In this document: positions 1 through 12,598 of the stretch, one piece after another
Numbering within the stretch: the stretch's first letter is position 1
Layout: the number at the start of each line of letters is the position of its first letter
Origin: Bilabrum cf. latius
Lineage: Eukaryota
Assembly: GCA_965178125.1 (NCBI GenBank)
Contig: OZ237736.1
Coordinates: forward strand, 620,001 to 684,000
Length of the DNA stretch: 64,000 bases
Reading direction: 5' to 3'
The notes under the pieces: generated by a model
Told to the model about the DNA's origin: nothing
Databases searched by the model: none
What the model saw: only the letters and a program-made list of their open reading frames with translations
Program-made: the position numbers and the translations under genes

Positions 1-820
1 GGAGGCAAGACGACGACTTGTTCTGTGAGAGCAGTGCTGAAAGCTCTGACAACCCGCCTCCATGAGTCTGGGATGGAGGCGCGCTCTCGTTTGCAGTGGC
101 CCCCGTTGCGACGGTTTGCGTTGACGAGCTACTGGAGCTTGAATGCTCGGTTGATTTGCGCGCTTCCCCATCAGCATGAGCTGGTAGACTCAGAGGACGT
201 GCTTCCCACTCTGCCACTGCCAGTTCACCAGAAGCGTAGTTCAGGCAGCAGAATCCAATCGTTGGCGACGCACCAAGGGTGCACTGCAACGATGCCACGC
301 TTGGGGCTTGTTGCACGATCCTGTCAAAGCACCCAGAGCACTCCGAGCGTCTCAGGCTTAGCCTACTAGAGGGTAGCAGTGGAGTACCCCCAAATAATCG
401 AAGCAATTCAAAAGAGCAGCTGGGGCTCGCGTCGACAGCAACCTGCCAGCGCTGCCCATCGCCCTTCGGTGTCCCGCGTCGCTCTGCAGGAGCCAACACC
501 TGTACCCGTGTGCCATGGTCAAGAACTAGAGCAGTGAGTACTTGTGCGACGGATTTCCGGGACAGTGAGCACTTCAATCCTGTTGTAAGGTTGCCAGTCA
601 CTGCAATTGCTGCGCCAAGATGCTGCTAGCAACATTTTACATCATGAGGGTGCACTGCAAAGAATGCTCCTTGTTCTTTTGCCAGAAACCTAATTGGCAC
701 CATGCAGTCTGCAAAGACTCGGGCACAGTAGGCCTAAGTAGCTGTACAGGCACCAAAACTAGCCTTCGCAAGAGGCTTTTCTAAAGCTATCGATGGAGCC
801 AGCCTTTGGATTGTCAGTGC
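1..820 (-). CDS. MutS-family mismatch repair protein, MSH2-like, 5' part only (runs off the window start; start codon uncertain, candidate ATG at 703)
   Basis: The minus frame is open from 820 to 1 apart from TAG at 734-736 and 626-628. It reads GAFFAVHPHDVKCC*QHLG...LSRKSVAQVLTALVLDHGTRVQV...WQVAVDASP..FELLRLF...TIGFCCLNYASGELAVAEW, which resembles MSH2 domains I-II. It is absent from the supplied ORF track. Confidence 0.6.
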
Positions 821-1368
821 TTAAATACAATAAAATATCCTGACGCACAATATTTCTGGCAACAGGCACTACCGAGTCTGCAAGAGGGAACTGAACGAAA
901 GGAATCAAATCAAGATGATCTTCATCTTCGGCTCCCGCCGGCGTCACGGTGCCGGTGGGTGCTCCAACTGGAGGCACATACCACCGCCTTTTACTTGCGA
1001 GCCCGCATCTATCCCCTTGTACAAACAAGCACCTATGTCATTGATTCTTAAGCATGAAAGCTCGGGCGGGCTAGCTTCATTCCTTTCCCGCGACTCGCGC
1101 TAGCCCTTTATGCATACGCCCGAGACGATGTAGGCGAGACCTCTTCGATGGCCTGCCCCGGTGATGGCTAGTCCTCATCCTTGTGTCCTCCTCCTCGTCC
1201 CGCACCCCAGCTGCCAGACCGGTCAAATGCAATAGTACGGACTACCCAGCACTGGCACTGGCTGACTGCCCGCTAACTTTTCAATGATGTTGTTTATGTG
1301 CCCATGGTACAGTCTAGTGTAGCAAGGCAACTAACTGCCCATGCCAAGCCAACTGCCGCGATCCATCT

Positions 1369-2421
1369 TCAAAGCCTGCTTGCTTTGACGACAAACAAAG
1401 GGTCACATCGAGTACTACTTGGGAGGCCGAAAAGCTCCGGGCCTACACTCGTCAGGTCCCAGGCCTCGATCGGGCCCCAATGCAGCACCTGCGTGGTGCT
1501 GTCACTGCCTCCACCCCCACCCTCTGCATCCGCAACCGATACTGAGCTACTCTCGATACCACCCGCATCATCCGTCTAAGAAGTATCACCAGAAAATCGG
1601 ATCACATCGGCAGCGTAACAAATCTTCTCGGCGAGTCCGAATTCCAGCCAAGGCCTCACCGATTGGGTGGGAAAGCAGCGACTCGATACTGCGGCCATTA
1701 GGACGCCGCCCGGGCGAAGAAGCAACCCTGCTTCCCGCACCACTTGGAGAGGATGTGTAAGGTATTCAATGCTTAAGCTGCACGTTACAACGTCCAATGT
1801 GCTATCGCTGATTCCGGTAGCTGCCCCGAGGGATGCAGGGATTTGCCCTGGCCCCTTCGATTCAAGGGGTACGTACCGGCCCCGTGCTCGTCCATTGTTG
1901 GAACTCGTGGCACTCGGTTCGTGTTCGCGCCATGAAGCCTTGTCGTTCAAATCTAGTACCGTCCATCTGCCGCAATGACCTGGCAAGTCATGCAGAAGCG
2001 GGTTCGCCTATAATTCCTTCGCATTCATCCCTACCCCCACGCAGAGGGATCTACAATGAGCCTGCTTAGCCGCAACAACACTAGGCCAATCCTCCGAGGT
2101 GCAGCCAAAATAGTGGCTCGGATAGTGTGAAGTCCAGCTAGAGCAAAGATCTAAAGCTCGCAGACCATCAGAAGCGCCCTCTTGCAACCTCAAAAACTCA
2201 TCATCATAGAACTATTTAAGACCTGCCTAGGACAGTTCATCGATGTGATGAACACCAATGCGAGGGGACGAATAGAACTCTGGATCTGGCAGCGCATCAG
2301 CCCTATGCAGTTCGCTGTATGCCCACGAGTCAACCGCCTGAATGTGCTCCTGCACTACCTATCTTAGGCAAACTCGGCTGGATCTTAGTATCATCTGTGC
2401 TTCATGTCGCGCACGATTCAT
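1369..2421 (-). CDS. SAM-dependent methyltransferase (Methyltransf_11-like, FY..PR.V.HID family)
   Basis: One frame from ATG 2421 to TGA 1369 with TAG at 2359, 2227, 2212, 2008 and 1576. Motifs: EFYSSPRIGVHHID, LDLCSSWTSHYP, GMNAKEL*ANPLL, DVVTCSLSIEYLTHP, LRPGG, SSRCFPT, C-terminal DPLFVVKA. Confidence 0.8.
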
Positions 2422-2524
2422 TACTGATGACTTTTGAGCCGCCTCGCAAGTGGCGCCGCGCACAGTGGGAGTAGTTCCGTTTTCTTCCGTTGGTGGTGAA
2501 TCAAACCCGGAGCTATCAAATAGC

Positions 2525-3043
2525 ATGCAGTCACGTTTGTGCTGGGATTTCGATGTTCCGTCGTGTAATTTAGGGAAAGTAGGCGTTGGTGGCGAAGGAA
2601 AGTCCGGCGAAATCGACCCTTGGTTTTTGGTTCCGCATGAGCACCTCCTGCGCCCTTCGGCTGAGACGTCAGATCCGAGGGCGGAACGGCCAAGAAAACA
2701 ACCAACAAAGCAGAAAGAGCTACCTGCAACTCGATCCGGGGAAAGGAGGCGGAAAAGCCGGGAATCAGCATCCAAAGCTGCTGTGCCTGTTCTGGCCACG
2801 GCTTCGAGCAGGTCTCGCCCACCGCGCAAGCCACGATCCACCGCCTCCGAGGACGACATCAAGGAAAAACTTCGATTGCATAACCTCAAGCTGGCGCGGT
2901 AGAGCTCCCGATCCTCTTTTGAACCCAGGCACAAGAACACATCTGGCATTAAGGCCTGGGAGCGAGCGACCGGAAGGCAGTACGACAAGCTGTCCATGCG
3001 GGAACGAGCGCGGGCCAACAGGGAAATTGATATGCTATCGTGA
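2525..3043 (+). CDS. Small conserved hypothetical protein (172 aa) with a TPX2-like N-terminal motif
   Basis: ATG 2525, in-frame TAG 2900, TGA 3041-3043. N-terminus WDFDVP...DPWF; C-terminus FEPRHKNTSGIKAWERATGRQYDKLSMRERARANREI lies after the TAG. Confidence 0.55.
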
Positions 3044-3170
3044 AGCTTATTGATACGGCCGCGGCGAAGGTCTGGGTTTTGCCACTGCTGAAATAGTCCG
3101 GGAACACAATGGTCTCAGCTGCACTCATCTGGCAGTGGTGAATCCATCGTGACAGCTGGCATGGCATGCA

Positions 3171-5254
3171 TCAAATGGCGATGGACATCAGACCCTCGCA
3201 GTGTGGGCACGGGCCTTTGAGACGCCCCAGCGCACTCGTGCTCGCCTTGTTCGCCTCTAGCCAGACCTGCAGGTGCTCCAAGTGCATCCAGCTGTGGCAC
3301 TGGCTGCACTGCAGGCACTCGTCACTTCCAGCAGTGCTGCGCTCATCAATGCCTCCAAAGCACAAAATGCAGACTCGCAGTTCATCGTTTGATACTACGG
3401 GCGGCTCTGAGCTTGGAGATGAGCCGATGTGTGCATCTGCCCCTGCCCCTTGCGAGCCTCGTGCGGCTGTCCCCGAATGCACTGAGGAAGAGAGGCGTGC
3501 AGCTGCAGGTGCATCTGCGCCAATCCTCCCAAGTGCGCTTGTGGAGGCAGGCCCCGAGGAGCCGGGCTCGGCAAGCAACGGTCGTGGGACCGTGCTGCCC
3601 ATCAGTCGTGGGACCGTGCTGCCCATCAGTCGTGGGACCGTGCTGCCCATCAGTCGTGGGACCGTGCTGCCCATCAGTCGTGGGACCGTGCTGCCCATCA
3701 GTCGTGGGACCGTGCTGCCCATCAGTCGTGGGACCGTGCTGCCCATCAGTCCTGCGGGTGAAGCCGCATCGCCCGCCTATCGTGGATTCAGCTTGCCCGC
3801 TGCTTCGATCACGTCCAGAAGGCATGCAGTGGCGTCCGCGTGCAGCCGGCGCATGACCAGACTGCGTGGAGCGGGGCGTCATGACAAACATGAAAATGCT
3901 CGTGGTAAATACGATAGAGTCAACGAAGAGCGTCTCATGTGTGTGGGAGCATATCAACTGGGATTGCTGCAGCGATGGTGCGGCATTCTTGGGGGCGCCA
4001 ATCGGGCGGTTGGTTGGAGCCGGGTGGGCTCATAGCGTCAGATATGGCTAACTCACCCAAGAAATCGGTCCACTGCCGGCTGTAAGCCGCAGCTCGGGTC
4101 CGGTCCGGGTCCGGGCACTGGACCGGCATGCTTTGCAGACCCAGCAGGCACTGAAGGCCGAGGGCAGCTGCCAGGAAAAATGGGGGGCATCGCCCGGAGG
4201 GCAGCGCCTGCGAGGCAGCTGCGGTGCGACCGCGCCCTAGACAAAGCAGCTCGTTCATTGGAAGAGATGCTGCCTCCCACAGTCTCTGTCCGGGCACGCT
4301 TCGCATCCCCTCCGATCGCACCCCCTTCACCGAGGCTGGATGCCTCTCCGCCTTTGCCTGCGGGCCGTCCAGTTCCGGTTGGGGCTCCTGACAGAAGCTC
4401 GCCGAGAGCGACCACGTCGGGCAGCAGCAACTGGGACAGGTCCAGTGTGACGAGCACTTCCAGTGAGCTACCTGCTCTCGTTCGTGTGCGGAGGGAATGA
4501 TGTGCATGGGATGGGGGCGTCGGCGATGAATGCCTCGACCGGTGGGTTCGAGCGAGGGGCAGCCGTGCCGTGGGCGAGCATCGGAAGCCAGACCAGAACA
4601 GCAGCGAGGCAACTTACGCTCACCGATTGGAATGTGGATGTGCGCATACGGCACCTGGCCCACTCGCAGGGGAGCATCGTCTTCATCCGCTACATGTGGC
4701 TCGTATGCTGCCTGAGTGCTGATGGCTGCGGAAAAGAGGTCGCACGCGTCTAGTCCGATGCCCGCGTCCTGGTCTTGGCTTGCTGCTGATGTTACAACTT
4801 GTTCTTGTAATATGGCCACGCTATAGCTCAGTCTCCATTCGCGAGGGCTGCCAAGACTATCCCGAACCATCGATAGGCACGCAAGGTCGTCGGCCCAAGA
4901 AGGTGCCAATCGCTGCTCCGCTATGCAAGCGCACACCAAGCTGAAAGGTAGATCGTTTGATACAGAGTCGCCTGCAAGAAATCGTTGCGGGACCCCGACC
5001 TGGAAGCCTCCAATATTGAAATCTATGCTTGTGCAGCCTATGCTTGCTCGGTTCAGCGTACCCTTATCGATTCGCGCCAGTACCGTCACACGAACAGGCC
5101 GAACATAAGATAATATATCAAATGATACGCACAAAACCTGCTGCAACAGCTTGGTTGGCCGTGGAGGTGCGCATATTCGAACTGGATTCAAAGCAAACCC
5201 GGCCAGACGCGCCCAGACGAGCTCTTCAAACTCCAACGACTCGCAAGTGTCCAT
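3171..5254 (-). CDS. Multi-exon protein with an N-terminal PWWP-like domain and a C-terminal RING/PHD-type zinc finger (exon structure only partly resolved)
   Basis: N-terminal LVWARLAGFALNPVRIC...VLCVSFD (PWWP-like). C-terminal CILC...CSQCHSWMHLEH...CPHC ends at TGA 3171. GTGAG donors near 4622 and 4056; in-frame TAG at 3777. Confidence 0.5.
3583..3750. repeat. Perfect 24-bp coding minisatellite, 7 copies (cgtgggaccgtgctgcccatcagt)
   Basis: Directly visible. Encodes (MGSTVPRL)n in the minus-strand RING protein frame. Confidence 0.97.
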
Positions 5255-5396
5255 GAACTCATGCCATGCACGAAATACGACGCGCAGATTTTGTCTAGGT
5301 TGTTGCGTAAGATCAATAGACGCAATTATTGGGATGTGTTCGTCACATTGCTGCCATTGCTGCCGAACGCGCCAAGCAGCGGCCATAGAATAGGAT

Positions 5397-6363
5397 ATGG
5401 CAGCAGCGTCTCGGGCCGGGCTTAAGTTGGCAAAGCTGTTTGGGGTGGCTGGCAAGCGAGTGCTTGTCACCGGCGGGGGGCGTGGGATTGGCGAAATGAT
5501 TGCAACCACATTTGTTGAGAATGGCTGTGACGTCTACATTTCCTCAAGATCAGCTGATGCATTGGAAAAGAAGGCCGAAGAATTAAATTCGCTTGGATCG
5601 GGCAGTTGCACAGCGATCCCAGCGGATCTAAGCAAGGGTGAGGGCTGCTCGCACTGTGCGTGCCGGCAGAATAAAAAAGTACCGCGCGCTTACTCCATGC
5701 ATTCGCACTGTGTCCCGACACATGTTGGCTGCAATGATCGCAGAGTCTGGGTGCTTAGATCTTGCCAAGTAGCTGTCTGCGAAAACAGACAAGCTTGACG
5801 TGCTCATCAACAACGCCGGCACGAGCTGGGGCGAGCCCCTGGAGAAGTACCAGGAGAAGGGCTGGGACAGGTGCCTGGCACTCAATTTGAAGGGTGTGTT
5901 CACAACTACACGCGCGCTGCTGCCACTCCTCGACAAGGCGAGCACCGCGGAGGACCCTGCCCGGGTGATCAACATTGGCTCCGTGGCCGGCCTGCAGCCG
6001 CAGCCAGTCCCGACGTACGCCTACGACGCAAGCAAGGCAGCCGTGCACAGCCTCACGCGCAAGCTGGCGTCTGAATTTTGTGACCGCAGAGCGGACGGAG
6101 GCCACAGGATTACCGTGAATGCGATTGCCCCCGGGTACGTCCCCTCCTCGATGTCGCAGCAGCTGCTCACCTACGTCGGCAAGGAGGTGATCGAGCAGGG
6201 TATCCCTATGGGCAGGCTGGGTGCCCCGGAAGACATGGGGGGTGCGGCGGTGTACTTGGCTTCCAAGGCAGGCAGCTGGGTCACTGGACACATCCTGACT
6301 GTAGATGGCGGCGCCATCGGCGCTGTGCCAATCAGCATGGTCGGCGGGAGCGCAGCCCTGTAA
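5397..6363 (+). CDS. Short-chain dehydrogenase/reductase (classical SDR)
   Basis: TGGGRGIG, NNAG and YDASK motifs. Intron 5638-5743 (GT..AG). In-frame TAG at 5770 (LAK*LSAK). Ends with TAA 6361-6363. Confidence 0.93.
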
Positions 6364-7374
6364 GCCGGCTGATGCCAGGGATCTACCGGAATTGCTCCTA
6401 CAGAATATGATGCCATGACTGAAGGCTTATAAGTCTCATGTGGAGGTACCGCCAACTATGGAAGGCCATCGCAATCACACTTAGGACGAACCTTCGAACG
6501 GAAAGACCACGAAACATCAGCTTGTGCGACCAACTCGCCCAATGCGATCCAGAACGAACCACAAATCCTCCCCAATCGTTGGCTGAGTCGCTGTGCACCG
6601 CATTATCTTAGCCTGCCGCAAAGAAATATAGCTGAACTATACGTAGACCGTGCGTAACTGCGTCATTGGCGGCTTGTGGTCACGCTACAGTGTCAAACAA
6701 TAGGACACGTCGGAGCCTACGCCTTCGGCAGTTTGTTCTACTCCCGTATTGACCAAGACGTCAACACTGGCCATCAAACATGGAACTGTATCCAGGTAAG
6801 GAATCATTAATATTGACTTCCAGAGCTTTGATGTTAACACAATGTCCAAGGGAGCGAATACGAAACGATGATCCGCCGCTGATGCCTCGCAGGCCGAGAC
6901 CAAGGCAGGATTCACGCGATGCTGATGTGTCCGCTCATAATCACGATTAGGACTCCAGACAGAATCCTTGAAGGCAACGAGAATGTTTCCCTCTGGACAG
7001 ATATGCCAGTAGCAGCTGGAAGCCCAGTTTCTCTGCGAGAAAACCTCAGCCGCGCACCGCGTAGTCAGCTGATGGGGCAATCCAGGAAATGGCGGGATGT
7101 GCCGGCCGTGCTAGCAAATCATCAAAATAATGAATTCAAAGTGCTATGCATACCTATACAAGCGGGTGAGTTTTGTTCGCTGCCCGTGATATCATACTGC
7201 AGGATAGGATCTCCTGCCAAACCTCTTGTCCGCAAATCGGGGGGGAACCGATGGCGGGCATCTGATCCTTGCTTCCTGGTCATAGATAGCAAGCACCAAA
7301 AGCTCATTGAGTATAGGTTTCATGCTCTGCCCGACTGCTCCAGAGCAGCTAGAGCAAATGCTTGACACTCGCAG

Positions 7375-10300
7375 TTGCACTTGTGTTGCACGAGCTACCG
7401 CAAGCCTTTTCTCCATTTCACAGGAGATTTTGAGTATACCGCAAGGCTGTCTCAAACCAAGTATGGCAGCACAGAATGTCTTTGGGCCGGCGGATACAAG
7501 GAGAATGTTTCAATTCGCGTGCACGCGTCGCCCCACAGGAGCCTCCAGCGAACATTTGGATACGCAAGTAGGAACCGCGCAAGAGACAAGTGGCACTGCA
7601 GTGCCTCGAGTTACGTAAATGGCATCGATAACTCCAGTTCTACCAAGCGGGAGCTCACAAGACAACGGTCGTTTCCGAATCGGGCGAGCGGTAAAGATTG
7701 CAAGACTACGTATCGCTGTGGTGCGTAGGTATCGCGGTGGAAGCACCAATAGGACATTTTCAGGCTAGCAGATGCAGGAAACATCGGAGCACATCCATCA
7801 TGGCGATTCTTGCATCGTTTTGCATGCGCGTTTGGCGAGGCGTCATACCTGGCACAGCTCGCCCTGCCTGCCGCACCGTCTGCTTCGGCTGGCACTGCGA
7901 GTGGAAACAGTCTCGAGGTGAGCAGCAGGTGGGGCTAGCCTGCGTCTGCGGCACAGCTGACGTACCGCAGCCCGCCTCGGAGCAAAGCAGGGCGACCCGG
8001 CCTGCGCGCGGACCCGTTCTCCGTGCAAGAGGATAGGCAGAATCTGCCCCCACCCGCACTAGTGGCATACACTGTGGCTCTGCTGGCAGCAGTGCTGACC
8101 CGGAATGATACTCCCCTGGTCGTTGTTCGAGGAGTGGTTGATGCGTGCTTCGGGCTAGCGCCATCTTGGCGAAGGAGGCATGCAGCTGCAGCTGCTGCCA
8201 GGCGATTCGCCCGCATGGAGGAGGAGCAGGTGCAGGAGGCAGCGGGGGAGGGGTTCGCAACGGTTGGAGGGTCGGCCTGGCAGTCTCAAACCGCAAATAT
8301 CTTCCTTGCGGACGATTCCATCGGAGATCTGGCCGCCGCTTGGGTGAGCGCTCCGGGCGCCGCGGTGCATGCACGAGAAGAATCAGGTGAATGGGACGTC
8401 AGTCGACTCTCGCCACGGCCTGTGTCTCCGCACCATGCTGCAAGGCCCATGCCCACAGCGATTCAGCGAGTGGCAGAAGCCAGGGAGCCTCCTAGCCCGC
8501 AGCTGGCCCCCTTCTTCCTCCAGCCCAACTCGGTGTTCAGGCTGCTGCGGTGGGCCATCGGGGCCCCTAGAGCCAGGTCTGTGCTGCAAACTTTAGGAGT
8601 GGACGCCCCATCTCCGGCACGGGTCGGCGATAGGATAGAAACACTGGGGCCTGCCGCCACGGCTGCCTGCGAAGGCGCCTGCGATGGTTATGCCGGGATC
8701 GGTTGCGGTTTGCAGCGCACCGATGGCAGCAGCAGTAGCGAGGACGTTGACGTGCGTCGAAGCCATCGCACTGCGGTGCTTTTATCGGCCGCGCACGCCG
8801 GGTTGCTTGCCCCACAGGATAGGCACGCGCTACGCCTGGTCGACCCATGGACGTCTTGGAATGCAGTCAAGCTCAGACGAGCTGCACAGGCTGCTGCATC
8901 GATGGCCAGCCCAAGCCCGAGCGAGCTGACCGAGCGCAGTGAACGAGAGAAAGTGTCCCCTCCGACAGGAAGCGGCCACAATAGCGCGCATATATGCCTG
9001 CCATCCGATACAACTGGCGTTCATGCAGGCTGCGAGGACAAAAGTGACGCCGAAAGCGCGTTCTTCCCGCGCATGCGACGCAAGCAGATGCAGGCACAGC
9101 TGGACCGCCTCCGCATGCAGCAGCTGGCCGAGGCTGACGAGGACCTGAACGAGCTCAGTGCAGGCAAAGGCTCTCCTGCAATCTCCGACAAGCGCATTGG
9201 TCCCGACAGCGTGCACACCATGCTGACATCGGGGCAGTGGAAAAGGTACGGAGGGATCAGGCTGCCGAGGTCAGAGCGACTCGGCAGCGGTCGCCGACTG
9301 CTCACCACCGATGAGGCCCAGGAGTACGTGCTGATCAGCCTGCTCAACAAGGCTAGTGGTTCGCGATACGGTGCACTGGCAGGCGACGATGAGGCGGGGC
9401 CGCAGGACATCGGCGGTGGGTCTGGCGTGCTTGGACTTCGGTACCGGCAGGTCGGCGTGAACGACATCGTGAGCAGCAGCGAGGACGAAGGCAGTGGCAG
9501 CGAGAGCGACGGGGGTTCTTCCGGGCTGCGGCGTAGAGGAAAGCGAGGGGTCGTGGACCAGGACGTGGCCGATGCGCTCCCTCCGGCGCAAGGTAGGCTT
9601 CTCTCACGGTACCGCCAAGGTTCCACGCACGACCCAGCTGATGTGGTCGCAGGATACAAGTCAGGACAAAGTAGCACTCGGCAAGCGTTACCAAGCCAAG
9701 CAGCAGGGATGAGCCGAGTGAGGAGCAACTCGGCAACAGAACGATTCGCCACAGGTGCAGCCGCGGGTGCAGGGGCAACACCTGCAGTCGATCGCTACGA
9801 GCTCCGACCGAGTCATGCCAAGACCTACGATTGCGAGCGTGCCAGTGAAAGCAATGAGAGCACCGTCTTGTATGAGCTTGTGCTGTCGATAATAAAGTTT
9901 GGGGGACCCTGGCTGCTGAGCTCGCAGGTGCTGACAGGAGCTGTGACTCTGCTACAGATGTCGGCCAAGGCTGCTGAGCGCACGTTTCTGCTGCAGCTGC
10001 TGCACAGCTTGTACAATCCCCGCCCGCGCGATCTGCGGGGCTGGTCAACCTGGAGGAAGCGGAGGCTGAGGGCGAAGAAGACCGAGTCGGTGGCGCCGGG
10101 CTACAGATCCACGGCGGCAGCATCACGTGTATCGGATTCACACCGCTCTTATAGGCATGAGCCTGTCACCTTCAACGGGAAGACAGCACCAACGTCACCA
10201 CGTGGATCACACGCGAGCAACACTCACTAGCGTACAGATGAGCAGCAGATGTAGCCGCCTGCTCTTGCGGCAGCAGCCACTCTGTCGCACGAGAGCTCGC

Positions 10301-12582
10301 ACATGCAGCGAGACGATAGCATCGACACACACGGTAGTGGATCTTAGAGGGAACGGAGAGGAGACACGATGACCGGTGCCCATAGCCCGAAACGAAACCG
10401 TAGCAAGCACGGGCTACTGTCGCCGGAGTCTTCGCGCGTTGATCGCCCGAGACGGTCTTCACTGCCAAGCGAAGGATATGCCGGGCTCACCAGACAGCCG
10501 TTTAGCAAATGGAGAAAGCACCGGCTCGCAAGGGGGACACAAGTAGCAGGCTCTACTGATTTGGATGGCCAAGATGGCAAATGGCTGAGATCGGACGAGC
10601 TACAGATGCCCCGGCCAACGCTTGCAGACCCGGAGTCTGGCAGCGGGTCGTCTGTCTCGAGTTAGGACGATGAATACGACGACTATGAGGATATCTGTGC
10701 CGATGGCGTTGCGGAACAACGGAACTTAGACATGTTTCTCGCGATGTGGCGCTCTCGCGTGGTGTGCGAGGTGGCAGCAGCGATCACCAAGCGTGTCAGG
10801 GTGACCTCGCTTGCGGTGCAGTACGCGTTGGCGAACGAATCGAAGCTGCCCGAGTCGCTGCTGAGAACAGGCCCGGACTCCATGATGTCTCTCGCTGACT
10901 CGGACAGCGATGAAGAAGACGAGGCAGTTGAAGTGAACGAATCAGGTGGTCTTGCGGTCTCGCATGAGCGCTCTGAATCGATTGCTGACATGCACGACTT
11001 GCCGCATCATCCGGCACACCGCGCAAGAAGAAAATGCGCATGTCGCCGCGGCTCAATCTCAATGGCGCTGGGGAGCGGGTTCTTGGATTCAGACACGGGG
11101 GTCGTGATCAAGTCAGCAAGCAACGTGCAGGTCGGTTCCATGCGGGAACTGCTGGCCTTCTGCGGGCAAGCGATCGCGAGCTATCGGCCGGGACTCTCAG
11201 AGACCGCTGGGCTGCCTAGGGAGCTGGGAAGCGGCGTATCACCCATCCCATTGCCTAGATCATTGGGAACCGGGGACAAGAACCAGCGACCATCGGCTGC
11301 TAGCAGTAGACTTGAGTGTAGCAGAGGTACGCCTCCAAGCCATGGGCACGATGGCAGTCCGGTCTCGCACGGTCATCTGCATGATCTGGACAAACCCGAG
11401 AGACGCATGGCAGAGCCGATGCGATATTGCTCCCGGTACTCAGTGTCAGGGCCAGGCAGGCTGGTACTGGCAATAGGGCAGTGCCTGACTCGTCTCGGTC
11501 CCCTGGTGTGCGGCGAGTATCAGCAGGTGCTGCGGTGCGCTAGCACGATGGCAGCTGCTGATGCAGGGGCTGCGAGGTACCTGGCCGGCACAGTGCTGCT
11601 CCATTGGCCCCGGAACGCATCCACGAGACAGATCCTGCTGCTTCGGTTCCTCGCCACCACGCTCAACTCGTGGGCCTTCAGCCACGAGGGGCAGTCCCAG
11701 GGCAGCATGGGCAAGAGGGGCGGGTCCAAGGACGCGAGGAGACACGCTCGCATGCTGGCAAGGGCAGGAGGAGCAGCTAGACGGGTCCTTGAAAAGGCAG
11801 GCGCAGGCAGTGTAGCCGGTGCCGGCCCGCTTTCACCGCGAGATGGCCGGGATGATGCGGATGGCCCGCCTTCATGCATGGACGAGCAGGAAGGGTCCTT
11901 GGTGCCTGAGGTGGGCTCGCTGAGAGAACGGCTGGTCCGCAGGCTGTGCGTGTGCATCCAGAGCCCGCACGCACAGCTAGCCACAGCTGCCGCTGCCCTG
12001 TGCCACCCACAGCCCCACACCGGAGAGCCCTCCCCGCTTGTGCCTCTCATCCTGGGCGACTCGACCTTCACGGCACTGGTGCTGTCAGCCTTCCAGGGGC
12101 CTGCACTGCAGGACCACTGGAACAGCACGGTGAAGCAGAATGCCAGAGTGGTGGCACAGGCCATCGCGGGTCGTGCCAAAGAGAGAGAGGTGGAGCGAGC
12201 ACGGGCCAAGGAGGCGAGCAGGAGAGCAAGTGCTTCACGGCGAGCACCAGAGCACCCCGAGAGTCACTATTCGCACGGGAGCGGTGAGTCGTCTGGAAAT
12301 GGATCTGTGAATGCTTCCTCTCCTGCCAAGGCCCGAGGCCCGAGGCAATTCGGGCGGGAGGCAGCATGCGTATCTGCTGCGCGAGCGAGTGCTCGGCACG
12401 CCCTCGCGTTCGCGGGAATTTCGGCTGGCGGACTGCAGGGTGGTCGAGATGCCGCCCAGGAATCTGCATCGACAGCTGACGAGTCAGCCCAAACCTGGAG
12501 ATTCGACTCTCGCGGTCCTTCTTCGCAGGTAAGGCATCGAGTGTCCTCGCCTGCCCTGTCGTCAATGTTTGGTTCAAGCTGA
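7375..12582 (+). CDS. Greatly expanded PP2A B56 (B')-like regulatory subunit; 5' exons unresolved and possibly extend to about 6900
   Basis: One frame of about 1,735 codons to TGA 12580, broken only by TAG (7726, 7750, 7936, 10228, 10252, 10345, 10663). B56-like motifs: AERTFLLQLLHSLY, LLHWPRNASTRQILLL, RRLCVCIQSPHAQLA, DHWNSTV. Confidence 0.7.
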
Positions 12583-12598
12583 GGCAAACCACACAGTA

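Noticed and set aside
821-1368. Possible small gene between the MSH2-like gene and the methyltransferase
   Set aside because: No frame gave a recognisable product even with TAG read-through; left unannotated.
3583-3750. CRISPR-like array
   Set aside because: The units are head-to-tail with no spacers, the context is eukaryotic, and there are no cas genes.
6400-7374. Possible separate gene or tiny 28-37 nt introns (about 6796-6823, 7166-7203)
   Set aside because: GT..AG pairs are present, but I could not build a consistent reading frame. The region may be 5' exons of the B56-like gene; RNA-seq is needed.
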